Below are positions 9,903 to 19,053 of a stretch of 46,034 bases of DNA, piece after piece. The stretch comes from an uncultured Nitrososphaerota archaeon (lineage in GTDB: Archaea > Asgardarchaeota > Njordarchaeia > Njordarchaeales > Njordarchaeaceae). Below the pieces are notes generated by a model. The model worked only from the letters and a program-made list of their open reading frames with translations, ran no database searches and was not told the origin of the DNA. The first letter of the stretch is position 1; every line of letters starts with the position of its first letter. The translations under genes and the position numbers were made by a program. The stretch is from positions 1 to 46,034 of the forward strand of contig CAZFGR010000014.1 of the NCBI GenBank assembly GCA_964518475.1. The letters run 5' to 3'.

Positions 9903-9922
9903 TAAATTCTTCGAAGAATTTA
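9903..9922. promoter_or_regulatory. Perfect 20-bp palindrome in a divergent intergenic region (candidate operator)
   Basis: TAAATTCTTCGAAGAATTTA equals its own reverse complement. It lies between the divergent pstB and longin-like genes. Confidence 0.45.
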
Positions 9923-10072
9923 ATAATTTAGATTTAGATTCAAATTCTAATTTCTTTTCCGCAATTAATGATTAAGGAATATGTAAGTCGAATTTTAAGC
10001 AATAGCTTTAAAGAGCTAATATTTTTCTTAGTGTTAAGAATTACTTCATGGAGCTATTGGCGGGGTTATAGA

Positions 10073-11971
10073 TTGACAGTAGGTCTTCTAGCACTGAACG
10101 ATAAAGGAGAAGCTATCCTACGCATGTTTCCAAGGGATTTAATGAGAAAGATTAATCTCGAAAAACTGGAGAATTACGTTTTTCAGATGTTCTCAAATGC
10201 TATGAAGGAAGTCATAAATATAGTGAGTTACGAAGGATTCTCGATTTATGGAATAAGGTCTGAGAAGAGTATAATTGCACTAATTTCCGAAGGCAGGCGG
10301 AAGGGACTTAAAGCAACAGTAATGTACATTGCTGAACTTATTAAGCAATTTGAGCATGGAAAAAGAACGCTGAATAGTATAAAGAAAGAAATAAACAGGA
10401 AAATGTTTCTGAGAAAAATTCCCAATGTCAAATTACTTTACAAAGTGATTAAAAAAACTATTAGAACTAGTGAAGAAAAAGAACAAAAGACCTATCCTGA
10501 AAGAATCAAGCCTTATAGTGTTGTGGATTTTAGGGATGGTTTAAAAAGAGGACTTGTAGCATGTTACGCGGGGGACTTAATCGAAGCATATAAGTTAGTC
10601 CTAGGTGCTTTAGAGAGAGGTGATATTTCAATAGGGAGACTTTTCGCAGCTTATCTTGGGCTTCAATTAATAAGTCTCCCTCCGAATTATCCAGCACCTA
10701 GGTTGGATGAGGTAAAAGAATTAATCAAAAAAGTGAAAGTCGAGAATATTTTAGAATCGATTTTTCTCTCATATCTTCGACTCTTACTAGGATCCTTCAC
10801 CTCTTTCAAAAAGCATATCGAATCTCGAAACTACATAATTTCCGAAATGGATTCATTATTTAAAATCCTGCAAGAAGAAAAGGACATCTTAGTAAAGGAT
10901 ATTATCGCCTACCTACTAGCTACTAGCGAGCCATACTTCCTTTCTAGAAAGAAAGCGGATTTCTTATTGAAATACGTGAGGGAGCGTTCTCCGATAATTG
11001 GTTCATATGTTTGGGCTTCTCTTTCGAGATCCCGCACGATTGGATCACTATATACTGGAAAGATACCATTAGAAGATATCTTGGGTATGCTTAGAGAATT
11101 AAGATCAAGATTTTTTACAGCAAAGAATGAGTTCCAGAAAGTTATAGGCGATTCTAAAGCAGAAAAAAGAGCATTGATAAGGCTCGCTTTTGTAACTGAA
11201 GAGTTCGCTAGAGCACTATATTGGTTTTTAACATTAGAAGGTCTTCGAATTGACGTAGTGAAAGATGTTGTAGAACAATTAATATTTTTGCAAATGGATG
11301 GGTTACAGATAATTATCGAAAAGAAGCCTCCAGTGCCGCTTAGAGTTTTGTTTGACACATTTTATACGGTTTTCCTAAATTATCACTATGCCAAGTATGT
11401 TATGAATCTGGAGGAAATCGGAACCTTAGAATATGGCCTATTGACTATCGGAGAAAAAATCTATGAAACACTCCTCAAAACCATTAAAACTGGACGATTC
11501 TCAGCAGATATGTCTCTCAAAATAGCAACATTAGCTTGGATAATTTCTTATCTCTCCATGAAAACTAGACGAGAATCTCCTATACTGCATAGATTACTGG
11601 GTCTTCTCACAGAACTAAACAGTAGAAAAGTGCGTGAAATCAGTAGGGTAAGCTTTGAGAACTATCTAGTTTACTTGGGCTCGGTGGGAATGGCCTTACT
11701 TAATGTTTTAATAGAGAATCCCAAACTGCGTGAAAGAGATTTAAGAAAAGTTCTTAATTTCGTAACAGAGGTTGCTGAGTATATACTACTTAGAGGACTC
11801 TACGCACCAATATTCACGATTTCCATACTCAAATCTATTCAGAACGTGTTGGAAAAAGTTGAAACGGGTAGCGATATTAAAGAACGTTTAAGAATATTGA
11901 AAAAAGCTCTTAGTAACGAGGATCTCAACGAACTTGAGTGGAAAGCATTAGAGGATATAATGATCATATAA
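10073..11971 (+). CDS. Hypothetical protein: N-terminal longin-like domain plus long alpha-helical (solenoid-like) region
   Basis: Likely TTG start at 10073 after GGCGGGG; the ORF track starts at 9968. The N-terminal pattern (VGLLALNDKGEAIL / helix / VINIVSYEGFSIYGIRSEKSIIALIS / helices) fits longin topology. The remainder is Leu/Ala-rich helices. It ends 21 bp before a Rab-like GTPase. Confidence 0.6.
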   Translation: MTVGLLALNDKGEAILRMFPRDLMRKINLEKLENYVFQMFSNAMKEVINIVSYEGFSIYGIRSEKSIIALISEGRRKGLKATVMYIAELIKQFEHGKRTLNSIKKEINRKMFLRKIPNVKLLYKVIKKTIRTSEEKEQKTYPERIKPYSVVDFRDGLKRGLVACYAGDLIEAYKLVLGALERGDISIGRLFAAYLGLQLISLPPNYPAPRLDEVKELIKKVKVENILESIFLSYLRLLLGSFTSFKKHIESRNYIISEMDSLFKILQEEKDILVKDIIAYLLATSEPYFLSRKKADFLLKYVRERSPIIGSYVWASLSRSRTIGSLYTGKIPLEDILGMLRELRSRFFTAKNEFQKVIGDSKAEKRALIRLAFVTEEFARALYWFLTLEGLRIDVVKDVVEQLIFLQMDGLQIIIEKKPPVPLRVLFDTFYTVFLNYHYAKYVMNLEEIGTLEYGLLTIGEKIYETLLKTIKTGRFSADMSLKIATLAWIISYLSMKTRRESPILHRLLGLLTELNSRKVREISRVSFENYLVYLGSVGMALLNVLIENPKLRERDLRKVLNFVTEVAEYILLRGLYAPIFTISILKSIQNVLEKVETGSDIKERLRILKKALSNEDLNELEWKALEDIMII

Positions 11972-11992
11972 TGAGGTAGAGAGGGATATGGA

Positions 11993-12523
11993 TTGAGAGA
12001 ACTAGAAATTCGTCTAAAAACAATTGTTGTAGGTGAATATGGCGTAGGAAAAACATCCTTATGCCGAAGATTCGCCACTGGTGCGTTTGAGGAGGATTAT
12101 AAACCAACAATTGGTGTTGACGTTTATACAAGAACTATTGAAGTACCAGAACTAGGATTGGTGCATCTTCAGATATGGGATACCGCGGGAGAAGAAAGGT
12201 TTAAGAAGATCTACCCAAAATATTGGCTAGGTGCTAAAATAGCCCTAGTAGTCTTCGATATTACATCAAGAAAAACATTTGAAGCTGTAGAGGAGTGGAC
12301 TCGCAGTCTCAGAGAACATGTGGGTAACATCTCAATGATCTTAATTGGCAATAAGATAGATCTAGAACCCTTTAGGGAAGTAGAGTCTTCCGAAGGTGTG
12401 GAAAAAGCCAAAAGGCTAGGATTTCTAGATTATATCGAGACCTCAGCCAAAACTGGTGAAAATGTTTCAAAAGGTTTTATGGTGCCAATAGAGCACTATC
12501 TCAAGAAGCGTCTGGAGAAGTAA
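11993..12523 (+). CDS. Rab-like small GTPase
   Basis: G1 GEYGVGKTS, DYKPTIGVDV, HLQIWDTAGEERF, YWLGA, LVVFDIT, G4 GNKID, G5 ETSAK. Confidence 0.95.
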   Translation: MRELEIRLKTIVVGEYGVGKTSLCRRFATGAFEEDYKPTIGVDVYTRTIEVPELGLVHLQIWDTAGEERFKKIYPKYWLGAKIALVVFDITSRKTFEAVEEWTRSLREHVGNISMILIGNKIDLEPFREVESSEGVEKAKRLGFLDYIETSAKTGENVSKGFMVPIEHYLKKRLEK

Positions 12524-12543
12524 GGATATTTCTGGGATAGGAT

Positions 12544-13182
12544 ATGGTGAAATACAAAGCGCCACGACCAGTAATTCTGCTACCAAAAAAGCTACCACTA
12601 GAACTACTTAGGAAAGTGATTAATTATTTCCATGATCGAGAAATTAAGGATATCTGTATTATATCGAGAAAACTACTCTCTTCAGGTTTTCCATTTGGAA
12701 GCATCATTGTGAGTGATGAAAAATTAGTGTATGAAAGAGTTACAGAGGAAGAACTAATTATAAATTGTTCAATAGTCTTCGTTGATGGGGAAATGTTAGA
12801 GGTTCTTAACAAAATAAGAGGTCCCAAAATAGCTTTATCTTCCCTAGAAAATACAGAAGTTCTCAAAAAGGTAGAGAAGTTAGCAAAAATAGCTACTCAC
12901 TACAACAAGCTTCCGCGCCTAGATTGCGGTCGATGCAAGTATGGCACTTGTGTAGGATTAGCCAGAGCAGTCGTAGAAGGAAAAGGAAACTTGCAAGAGT
13001 GCGTCGTTATAACATCTAAAACCGGCTTAGTCATAAAGATTGGTAATAAGGTGGTATCTTTAAATCCTTGGGTAGAAAGGTTGTATAGAAGAATTATCCA
13101 GGATCTGCTTGAAGCTTTAAAAGGTGTAGAGATAGAGGACTCAGACATTATCGAAGTATCAGTCATTAAGAAAAAATCATAA
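12544..13182 (+). CDS. MobB-related protein with eroded P-loop and C-terminal putative [4Fe-4S] domain
   Basis: LPRLDCGRCKYGTC...ECVV four-Cys motif and a KIGNKVVSLNPWVE...LLEALKGV tail like archaeal long MobB. SIVFVDG and PKIAL resemble MobB strands, but there is no Walker A. Confidence 0.65.
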   Translation: MVKYKAPRPVILLPKKLPLELLRKVINYFHDREIKDICIISRKLLSSGFPFGSIIVSDEKLVYERVTEEELIINCSIVFVDGEMLEVLNKIRGPKIALSSLENTEVLKKVEKLAKIATHYNKLPRLDCGRCKYGTCVGLARAVVEGKGNLQECVVITSKTGLVIKIGNKVVSLNPWVERLYRRIIQDLLEALKGVEIEDSDIIEVSVIKKKS

Positions 13183-13677
13183 TGAGACATAATATATTCC
13201 TCGATTACTAAGGTTTGTTGTTAAAATCCTGCTAGTAGTATAGAGCTGATAGTTTTGCTCTCCGTACTTTATTCTAATAGCCTCTATAATCGCTTTTGTT
13301 ATTGGAGTTTTTCCTCTATTCAATCCTCTGCAGAAGGGATCCACGTAGACATAAAATACCTGATTCTTGTACTCAAACTCCGCTAATAATCGATCACGAT
13401 CCTTTAACGGTTTCTTACTAATGAAAAATGGCCATAATCTACATGCAAGAGGTTTTTCTCTCTGAATACTACACAAATTCCCAACTTGGAAAATACATGT
13501 CCCATTGATCTTTCTAATAAAATATCTCTTCCCCTTAAGAATAACTGTATGTTTACCGTATTTTTTAATAAGCCGCAAAGCTTCCTCTTTCGAAAGCCCA
13601 ACTATATATTTTTTACAGCAAACTCCGCAAGAAATACACTCCCAAGTTCTAAAGAATTTCCAAGGAATGAGTTTCAT
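13177..13677 (-). CDS. YkgJ-family (CxxCxxCC) Zn/Fe-chelating cysteine-cluster protein
   Basis: CISCGVCC...CIF...CSI...KPLACRLWPF...FCRGL. ATG at 13677 is preceded by the SD GGTGGGG. Confidence 0.88.
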   Translation of the reverse strand: MKLIPWKFFRTWECISCGVCCKKYIVGLSKEEALRLIKKYGKHTVILKGKRYFIRKINGTCIFQVGNLCSIQREKPLACRLWPFFISKKPLKDRDRLLAEFEYKNQVFYVYVDPFCRGLNRGKTPITKAIIEAIRIKYGEQNYQLYTTSRILTTNLSNRGIYYVSL

Positions 13678-13708
13678 AAGCCCCACCATGAAACTTATGG
13701 TGGGGCTT
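13671..13708 (-). promoter_or_regulatory. Leader hairpin sequestering the SD of the YkgJ-like gene
   Basis: Perfect 12-bp stem AAGCCCCACCAT (13678-13689) / ATGGTGGGGCTT (13697-13708) with a 7-nt loop, immediately before the ATG. Confidence 0.55.
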
Positions 13709-13842
13709 CTACTCAATTCAATTTCAAATACCTAGAGAATTTTCATAAATATCTTTTCAGGTTTCGTGATTAAATATAGGTATAACATTGTTTATTTGAG
13801 GGAAGATAAAAATTGCTTATGGATTGAAAAGTGGGAGATAAG

Positions 13843-14073
13843 ATGTGTTTGGGAGTTCCAGCGAAAGTATTAGAGGTCAGAGATAACCAAGCAATAGTCG
13901 ATTATGGTGGCGGAGTTAAGAAAACGGTGGATGCTTTCTTAGTACCAGATGTAAAGCCTGGGGATTACGTAATTGTTCATGCCGGAGCTATAATCTCCAA
14001 AATAAGTGAGGAGGATTACAGAGAAATGATAGAGATTCTCTCTCAAATACTAACGATTGAGGAGGAAGGATAA
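13843..14073 (+). CDS. hypC: Hydrogenase assembly chaperone HypC
   Basis: N-terminal MCLGVPAKV (ATG 13843) and GDYVIVHAG. Confidence 0.95.
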   Translation: MCLGVPAKVLEVRDNQAIVDYGGGVKKTVDAFLVPDVKPGDYVIVHAGAIISKISEEDYREMIEILSQILTIEEEG

Positions 14074-15092
14074 TGGAAAGGATAACCTTGGCGCACGGTG
14101 CTGGCGGAAAAGAGATGGAGGATCTCGTCAAAAAATTGTTTCAAAAGATAAAAGTGGTTAAGATTCCAGATTCAATAGGATTAGATAATTTCGATGATGG
14201 ATCCTCAGTAAACGTCCCAACTAGTAGTGTGGTAATTTCAATTGATTCATACACCGTAGATCCTATATTCTTCCCAGGCGGAGATATCGGCAAACTTGCT
14301 GCTACGGGATCTATTAACGATGTAGCAGTTATGGGGGCAACACCTATTGCAGCCTTAGACTCTATTGTGGTAGAAGAGGGGTTCTCGATTAAAGATCTTG
14401 AAACTATTCTGAAGTCTCTCGCAAATGTTTTTGAATCCGAGAATGTTGCTTTACTAGGAGGAGACTTTAAGGTAATGCCAAAGGGTAAGATAGATAAAAT
14501 CGTTATAACAACGACCGTAATTGGTTATCTACCACCTAATCATAAGCTTATTCTAGATTCTGGAGCAAAACCGGGAGATAAAATAATAGTTTCTGGCACA
14601 ATAGGAGAGCATGGAGCTGTGATAACAGCTCTCAGAATGGGTATCGAGACGGAACTTGGCAATTTAAAATCAGACTGTATGCCCGTGACAAAAGTGATGA
14701 AGATAGCTATTAAAAACGGTGATATTCATGCGGCCAAGGATCCCACTAGGGGCGGTCTGGCTATGGCTCTTAATGAAATAGCGGAGAAATCTAAGGTATC
14801 TATTATCGTTGATGAAGAAGAGATCCCTATAAGAGAGGAGGTAATTGCGTTAAGCGAAATGCTTGGGATAGATCCTCTAGCATTAGCATGTGAGGGAAGA
14901 GTAGTAATGAGTGTTTCCCCAGATACTGCAGAAGATATTCTCACGGCTCTTCACGATGCTGGGTATCGAGACGCTCGCATCATAGGAGAAGTTCAAGAAA
15001 AAGAAGAAGGGCTCGTTTTATTACGTACAAAGGCTGGAGGGCTTCGAATCCTTGAGAAACCTACTGGTGAACTCACTCCAAGGATCTGTTAG
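14073..15092 (+). CDS. hypE: Hydrogenase maturation carbamoyl dehydratase HypE
   Basis: ITLAHGAGG, FFPGGDIGKLA, DPTRGG and C-terminal PRIC. Confidence 0.96.
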   Translation: MERITLAHGAGGKEMEDLVKKLFQKIKVVKIPDSIGLDNFDDGSSVNVPTSSVVISIDSYTVDPIFFPGGDIGKLAATGSINDVAVMGATPIAALDSIVVEEGFSIKDLETILKSLANVFESENVALLGGDFKVMPKGKIDKIVITTTVIGYLPPNHKLILDSGAKPGDKIIVSGTIGEHGAVITALRMGIETELGNLKSDCMPVTKVMKIAIKNGDIHAAKDPTRGGLAMALNEIAEKSKVSIIVDEEEIPIREEVIALSEMLGIDPLALACEGRVVMSVSPDTAEDILTALHDAGYRDARIIGEVQEKEEGLVLLRTKAGGLRILEKPTGELTPRIC

Positions 15093-15106
15093 AAAGGGGA
15101 TTTTTA

Positions 15107-16261
15107 ATGAGTAATATTCAACAAATGTTTAGTTTTCTGCATAATAGGAAAATAAGTATCAGCATCGCCAAGAAAATTCACAAAATAGCGGATGAGCTCA
15201 GGAAACGAGGGTACGAAAAAATCACTATTATGCATGTGTGTGGTACTCACGAGCATACTATAACGTATTATGGACTCAGGGCCCTTTTACCCGAGAATCT
15301 CAACGTCATAGCAGGGCCTGGTTGCCCTGTTTGTATAGTGCCAGCTCGTGAAATTGATGAAGCGATAAAACTGGCTAAAGATGGAATAAGAGTACTCTCT
15401 TATGGAGACATGTATAGAGTCCCTGGTTCTAGAGAAAGTCTTGCGCAAGCAAGGGCTAAGGGTGCTAATGTTATGGTTGTGTATAGTTTCATGGATGCGG
15501 TTAGAATAGCTGGAAATGATAATATTGAGAGCGTTTTTTTCGGCGTTGGTTTCGAGACCACAGCTCCGACAGTCGCGTCCTTTTTTGTGAGAAAGAAAGT
15601 TCCCAAGAACCTGTATCTCTTGCCTTCATATAGAATCACGGTGCCTGCTGTTAGGTATATTCTTCAGGGGGATCATAACCTGGACGGAATTATTGCACCT
15701 GGTCATGTATCAACGATTATTGGTGCAAGTGCTTGGAGTTTTATTGCAGAGGATTATGGTCTCCCAGTAGTAGTGGCTGGTTTTGAGCCGGTTGATGTAT
15801 TATTAGCAATTCTGGAGATTCTGAAATGCATTCGAGACAATAAGGCTGAAACAATTAATGAGTATAGAAGAGTAGTGAAGTGGGAAGGAAATTTAGTGGC
15901 TAAGAGAATTATTAACGAGGTTTTCTATACAGCGGATGGAGATTGGAGGGGGATAGGAGTAATTCCAGAGAGTAGATGGTTGTTAAGAGAGGAATTCTCC
16001 GATTTTGATGCTCGAAAAATCTTTAATATAAAGGTTCAGGGATCAATTGATATAAAACCTGGATGCAAGTGCGCCGACATAATTCTTGGAAAAGCCCTAC
16101 CTACGGATTGTCCCTATTATTTAAAGGCCTGTACACCACAACATCCCATTGGTCCATGTATGGTATCAAGCGAGGGTACATGTAGTATCTGGGCCAGATT
16201 TGGAGGTCATAAAGTCTTAGAGCTTAGAGATAAGATAAGAGAAGAGGTATTTAAAGAATGA
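15107..16261 (+). CDS. hypD: Hydrogenase maturation protein HypD
   Basis: CGTHE, GPGCPVC, GFETT, PGHVS and GPCMVSSEGTC. Confidence 0.97.
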   Translation: MSNIQQMFSFLHNRKISISIAKKIHKIADELRKRGYEKITIMHVCGTHEHTITYYGLRALLPENLNVIAGPGCPVCIVPAREIDEAIKLAKDGIRVLSYGDMYRVPGSRESLAQARAKGANVMVVYSFMDAVRIAGNDNIESVFFGVGFETTAPTVASFFVRKKVPKNLYLLPSYRITVPAVRYILQGDHNLDGIIAPGHVSTIIGASAWSFIAEDYGLPVVVAGFEPVDVLLAILEILKCIRDNKAETINEYRRVVKWEGNLVAKRIINEVFYTADGDWRGIGVIPESRWLLREEFSDFDARKIFNIKVQGSIDIKPGCKCADIILGKALPTDCPYYLKACTPQHPIGPCMVSSEGTCSIWARFGGHKVLELRDKIREEVFKE

Positions 16262-18576
16262 TAAAAGCAGTCAAGATCTGGGTTAGTGGTATCGTACAGG
16301 GAGTAGGATTTAGACCATTCATCTACAGATTAGCAAAAGGACTAGGACTGCACGGCTTCGTAAGAAATTTAGGTGGGTCGGAAGTCCTAATTCATATTCA
16401 AGGAGATCCCAAGAAGATTAGGGAATTCATTGAGCGATTAGAGAAAGAAAAGCCACCGACAGCAAAAATCGAAGAAAAAGTAATCGAGGAAACAGAGCCA
16501 TTAGAAATAAATGATTTCAAAATACTCAGGAGCGAGAAAGGTGCTAAGCTGTACTCTATGATACCGCCTGATTTCAGTATTTGCAATGACTGCATTAGGG
16601 AAGTCCTTGATCCCAGTTCTCGCTTCTATAGATATCCCTTCCATTCATGCGCATGGTGTGGGCCAAGATTCTCAATGATCTATAGATTACCGTATGATAG
16701 AGAGAATACTGCGATGAGAGACTTTCCTCTCTGTGACATTTGTGAGAGCGAGTACGAGGATCCCCAGAACTTGAGAAGATTTCATGCTCAAGGGATTAGT
16801 TGCCCTAAATGTGGTCCTAGAATATGGCTCGCTGATAAATATGGAGAGGAGATACCCGTTGATGATCCCATCAAAGAAGCCGCTAAACTAATTGACGAAG
16901 GATACATAGTAGCTGTAAAAGGTGTTGGTGGCTTCCACATAGCTGCTCTCGCCACTGATGATGAGGTCGTTCTAAAAATCAGGACACGAAAGAAGAGACC
17001 TGAAAAACCATTTGCATTAATGGCTCTTGATACTCAAGTAGCTAGTCGGATTGTCTGTATCAATGATGAAGCCAAGAGAGTTTTAGAGAGTGTGGAGCGA
17101 CCAATAGTTCTTCTTCCAGAGCGGGAGGATAGCCCAGTCTCGAAATATGTTGCTCCGGGACTGGATAAGCAAGGGATAATGCTTCCGTATACAGCATTGC
17201 ACCTGTTGTTGCTGATGGAGACAAGGGATAAGTTCCTCATAATGACTAGCGGGAATGAGCATGGAAAACCCATGTGTACTGATGAGGAAAGCGCATTCAA
17301 CAGATTAAAAGGCATCGTAGACTTCTTTCTTTTACATAATAGAAGAATTGTTAACAGAGTTGATGATAGCGTTGTTAGATTCACGGACGGAGAATTAACC
17401 CTAATTCGTAGAAGTAGAGGCTTTGCGCCCGCTTGGATAAAAATACCCTTCAACCTTCCAAGAAAAATAATTGCTTTTGGTGCTGAGCTGCAAAATACTG
17501 GAGCGGTAGGGTTCAACAATAAAGTTGTTGTTACGCAATTTATAGGAGATACTGATGAGTACGAGAATCTTCAATATCTAGAGAGAGCCCTCTCCTTTTT
17601 CTCACAAGTGTATGAAATAGATCCGAGAGAAGCGATTTTAGTAGCGGATATGCATCCTCTATATTCATCAAGAAAACTTGCTGAGAGATGGGCAAGCAAG
17701 TTTTCATCAGAACTCCTTCTAGTACAACATCATCATGCCCACATAGCTTCAGTAATGGCTGAGAAAGGCGTCAAAGCTGGGGAAAAAGTTGTGGGAATCG
17801 CTATTGATGGCGTGGGTTATGGAATAGATAAAAACATTTGGGGAGGAGAAGTCCTATTATGCGATTACGCAGAATTTGAGCGAATAGGTCATCTAGAGTA
17901 TCATCCATTACCAGGAGGAGATTTGGCAGTTATCTATCCGGTCAGAACACTAATTGGTATTCTCACAAAGTTTATGAATGAGGAGGAAATTCTTGCATTC
18001 CTAAGAGAGAAACAATTATTAAAAGGGCTTAGAAGAGGAGAACTAGAAGCCATAGTGGCTATAAAACAAGCTAAGAACGCTGTAAAGACGTCCAGCATGG
18101 GACGTATTCTCGATGCTTTCTCGGCATTACTGCATATTTGCTATAAGAGAACATATGAAGGGGAACCAGCTATCAAACTTGAAGCCGCAGCTAGAAATGG
18201 AAGATTAGTGGATGATCTGAAAGTTAGCTTATCATGGAGAAACAATGTAATGATTGTGAATACCACCGAATTGATGCAGAGTGTTATAGATCATCTTAAT
18301 GATGCATCACTAAATGATCTAGCTTTCTCTATTCAGTATCTTTTAGGAAGAGCGCTTGGAGAAATAGCGATAAAGAACGTAAAAAGAAGCGATTTTAATG
18401 CTATCTTTGTTAGTGGGGGCGCAGCTGTTAATACATATATAATAGGAGGTATAAAATCAATAGCAAAAAAAGAAGACGTAAAAGTGCTTCTCCCAAACAA
18501 ACTCCCAGCCGGAGATGGCGGGATATCTCTCGGTCAAACAGTCATCGTAGGAGCTAGACTCTTAGAGAACGTGTAA
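16258..18576 (+). CDS. hypF: Carbamoyltransferase HypF
   Basis: Acylphosphatase GIVQGVGFRPF, Zn fingers (CxxC...CxxCGPR), KGVGGFH, QHHHAH and PAGDGGISLGQ. Confidence 0.97.
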   Translation: MIKAVKIWVSGIVQGVGFRPFIYRLAKGLGLHGFVRNLGGSEVLIHIQGDPKKIREFIERLEKEKPPTAKIEEKVIEETEPLEINDFKILRSEKGAKLYSMIPPDFSICNDCIREVLDPSSRFYRYPFHSCAWCGPRFSMIYRLPYDRENTAMRDFPLCDICESEYEDPQNLRRFHAQGISCPKCGPRIWLADKYGEEIPVDDPIKEAAKLIDEGYIVAVKGVGGFHIAALATDDEVVLKIRTRKKRPEKPFALMALDTQVASRIVCINDEAKRVLESVERPIVLLPEREDSPVSKYVAPGLDKQGIMLPYTALHLLLLMETRDKFLIMTSGNEHGKPMCTDEESAFNRLKGIVDFFLLHNRRIVNRVDDSVVRFTDGELTLIRRSRGFAPAWIKIPFNLPRKIIAFGAELQNTGAVGFNNKVVVTQFIGDTDEYENLQYLERALSFFSQVYEIDPREAILVADMHPLYSSRKLAERWASKFSSELLLVQHHHAHIASVMAEKGVKAGEKVVGIAIDGVGYGIDKNIWGGEVLLCDYAEFERIGHLEYHPLPGGDLAVIYPVRTLIGILTKFMNEEEILAFLREKQLLKGLRRGELEAIVAIKQAKNAVKTSSMGRILDAFSALLHICYKRTYEGEPAIKLEAAARNGRLVDDLKVSLSWRNNVMIVNTTELMQSVIDHLNDASLNDLAFSIQYLLGRALGEIAIKNVKRSDFNAIFVSGGAAVNTYIIGGIKSIAKKEDVKVLLPNKLPAGDGGISLGQTVIVGARLLENV

Positions 18577-18642
18577 GCCCCATCCAAACAAGTCTAAAAT
18601 TTTTATAAATGGTCGAGATGGCTTAATAGAGGGTGAGCCTGT

Positions 18643-19047
18643 TTGCATGAATGGGCTCTTGCTGAAGCAGTTGTTACCACGGTATTAAAAACCGCAGAAG
18701 AGGAAAATGCTAGGGAAGTTCTTGAAATTAAAGTTGTCTTAGGAGAACTGCAACAGATAGATATTGAGGTTTTTAAATTCGCGTTGACGAATCTCGTAAA
18801 GGATACGATTGCAGAGAAGGCTCAAATAATTTTAGAAATCGAGCCAGCTATCCTCAAATGTAACTCCTGTGGATATAAGTGGAAGTTTTCAGAAGTTCTT
18901 GAAAAACTCGATGAAGAAGTTAGAGAGGCGATCCATTTTCTACCCGAGGTATCGCATGCTTACATAAAGTGTCCCAATTGCGGAAGCGTGGATTTCGACG
19001 TGATCAAGGGCAGAGGAGTTTATTTAAAATCCATTAAAGTTAGGTGA
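18643..19047 (+). CDS. hypA: Hydrogenase nickel incorporation protein HypA
   Basis: MHEWALA start, CNSC...CPNC, an EAIHFLPE insert and GRGVYL. Confidence 0.95.
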   Translation: MHEWALAEAVVTTVLKTAEEENAREVLEIKVVLGELQQIDIEVFKFALTNLVKDTIAEKAQIILEIEPAILKCNSCGYKWKFSEVLEKLDEEVREAIHFLPEVSHAYIKCPNCGSVDFDVIKGRGVYLKSIKVR

Positions 19048-19053
19048 GATCCC

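Noticed and set aside
9968-10072. N-terminal hydrophobic extension (possible TM) of the longin-like protein
   Set aside because: This is AT-rich promoter-like sequence. A TTG with an SD-like GGCGGGG at 10073 coincides with the start of the predicted domain.
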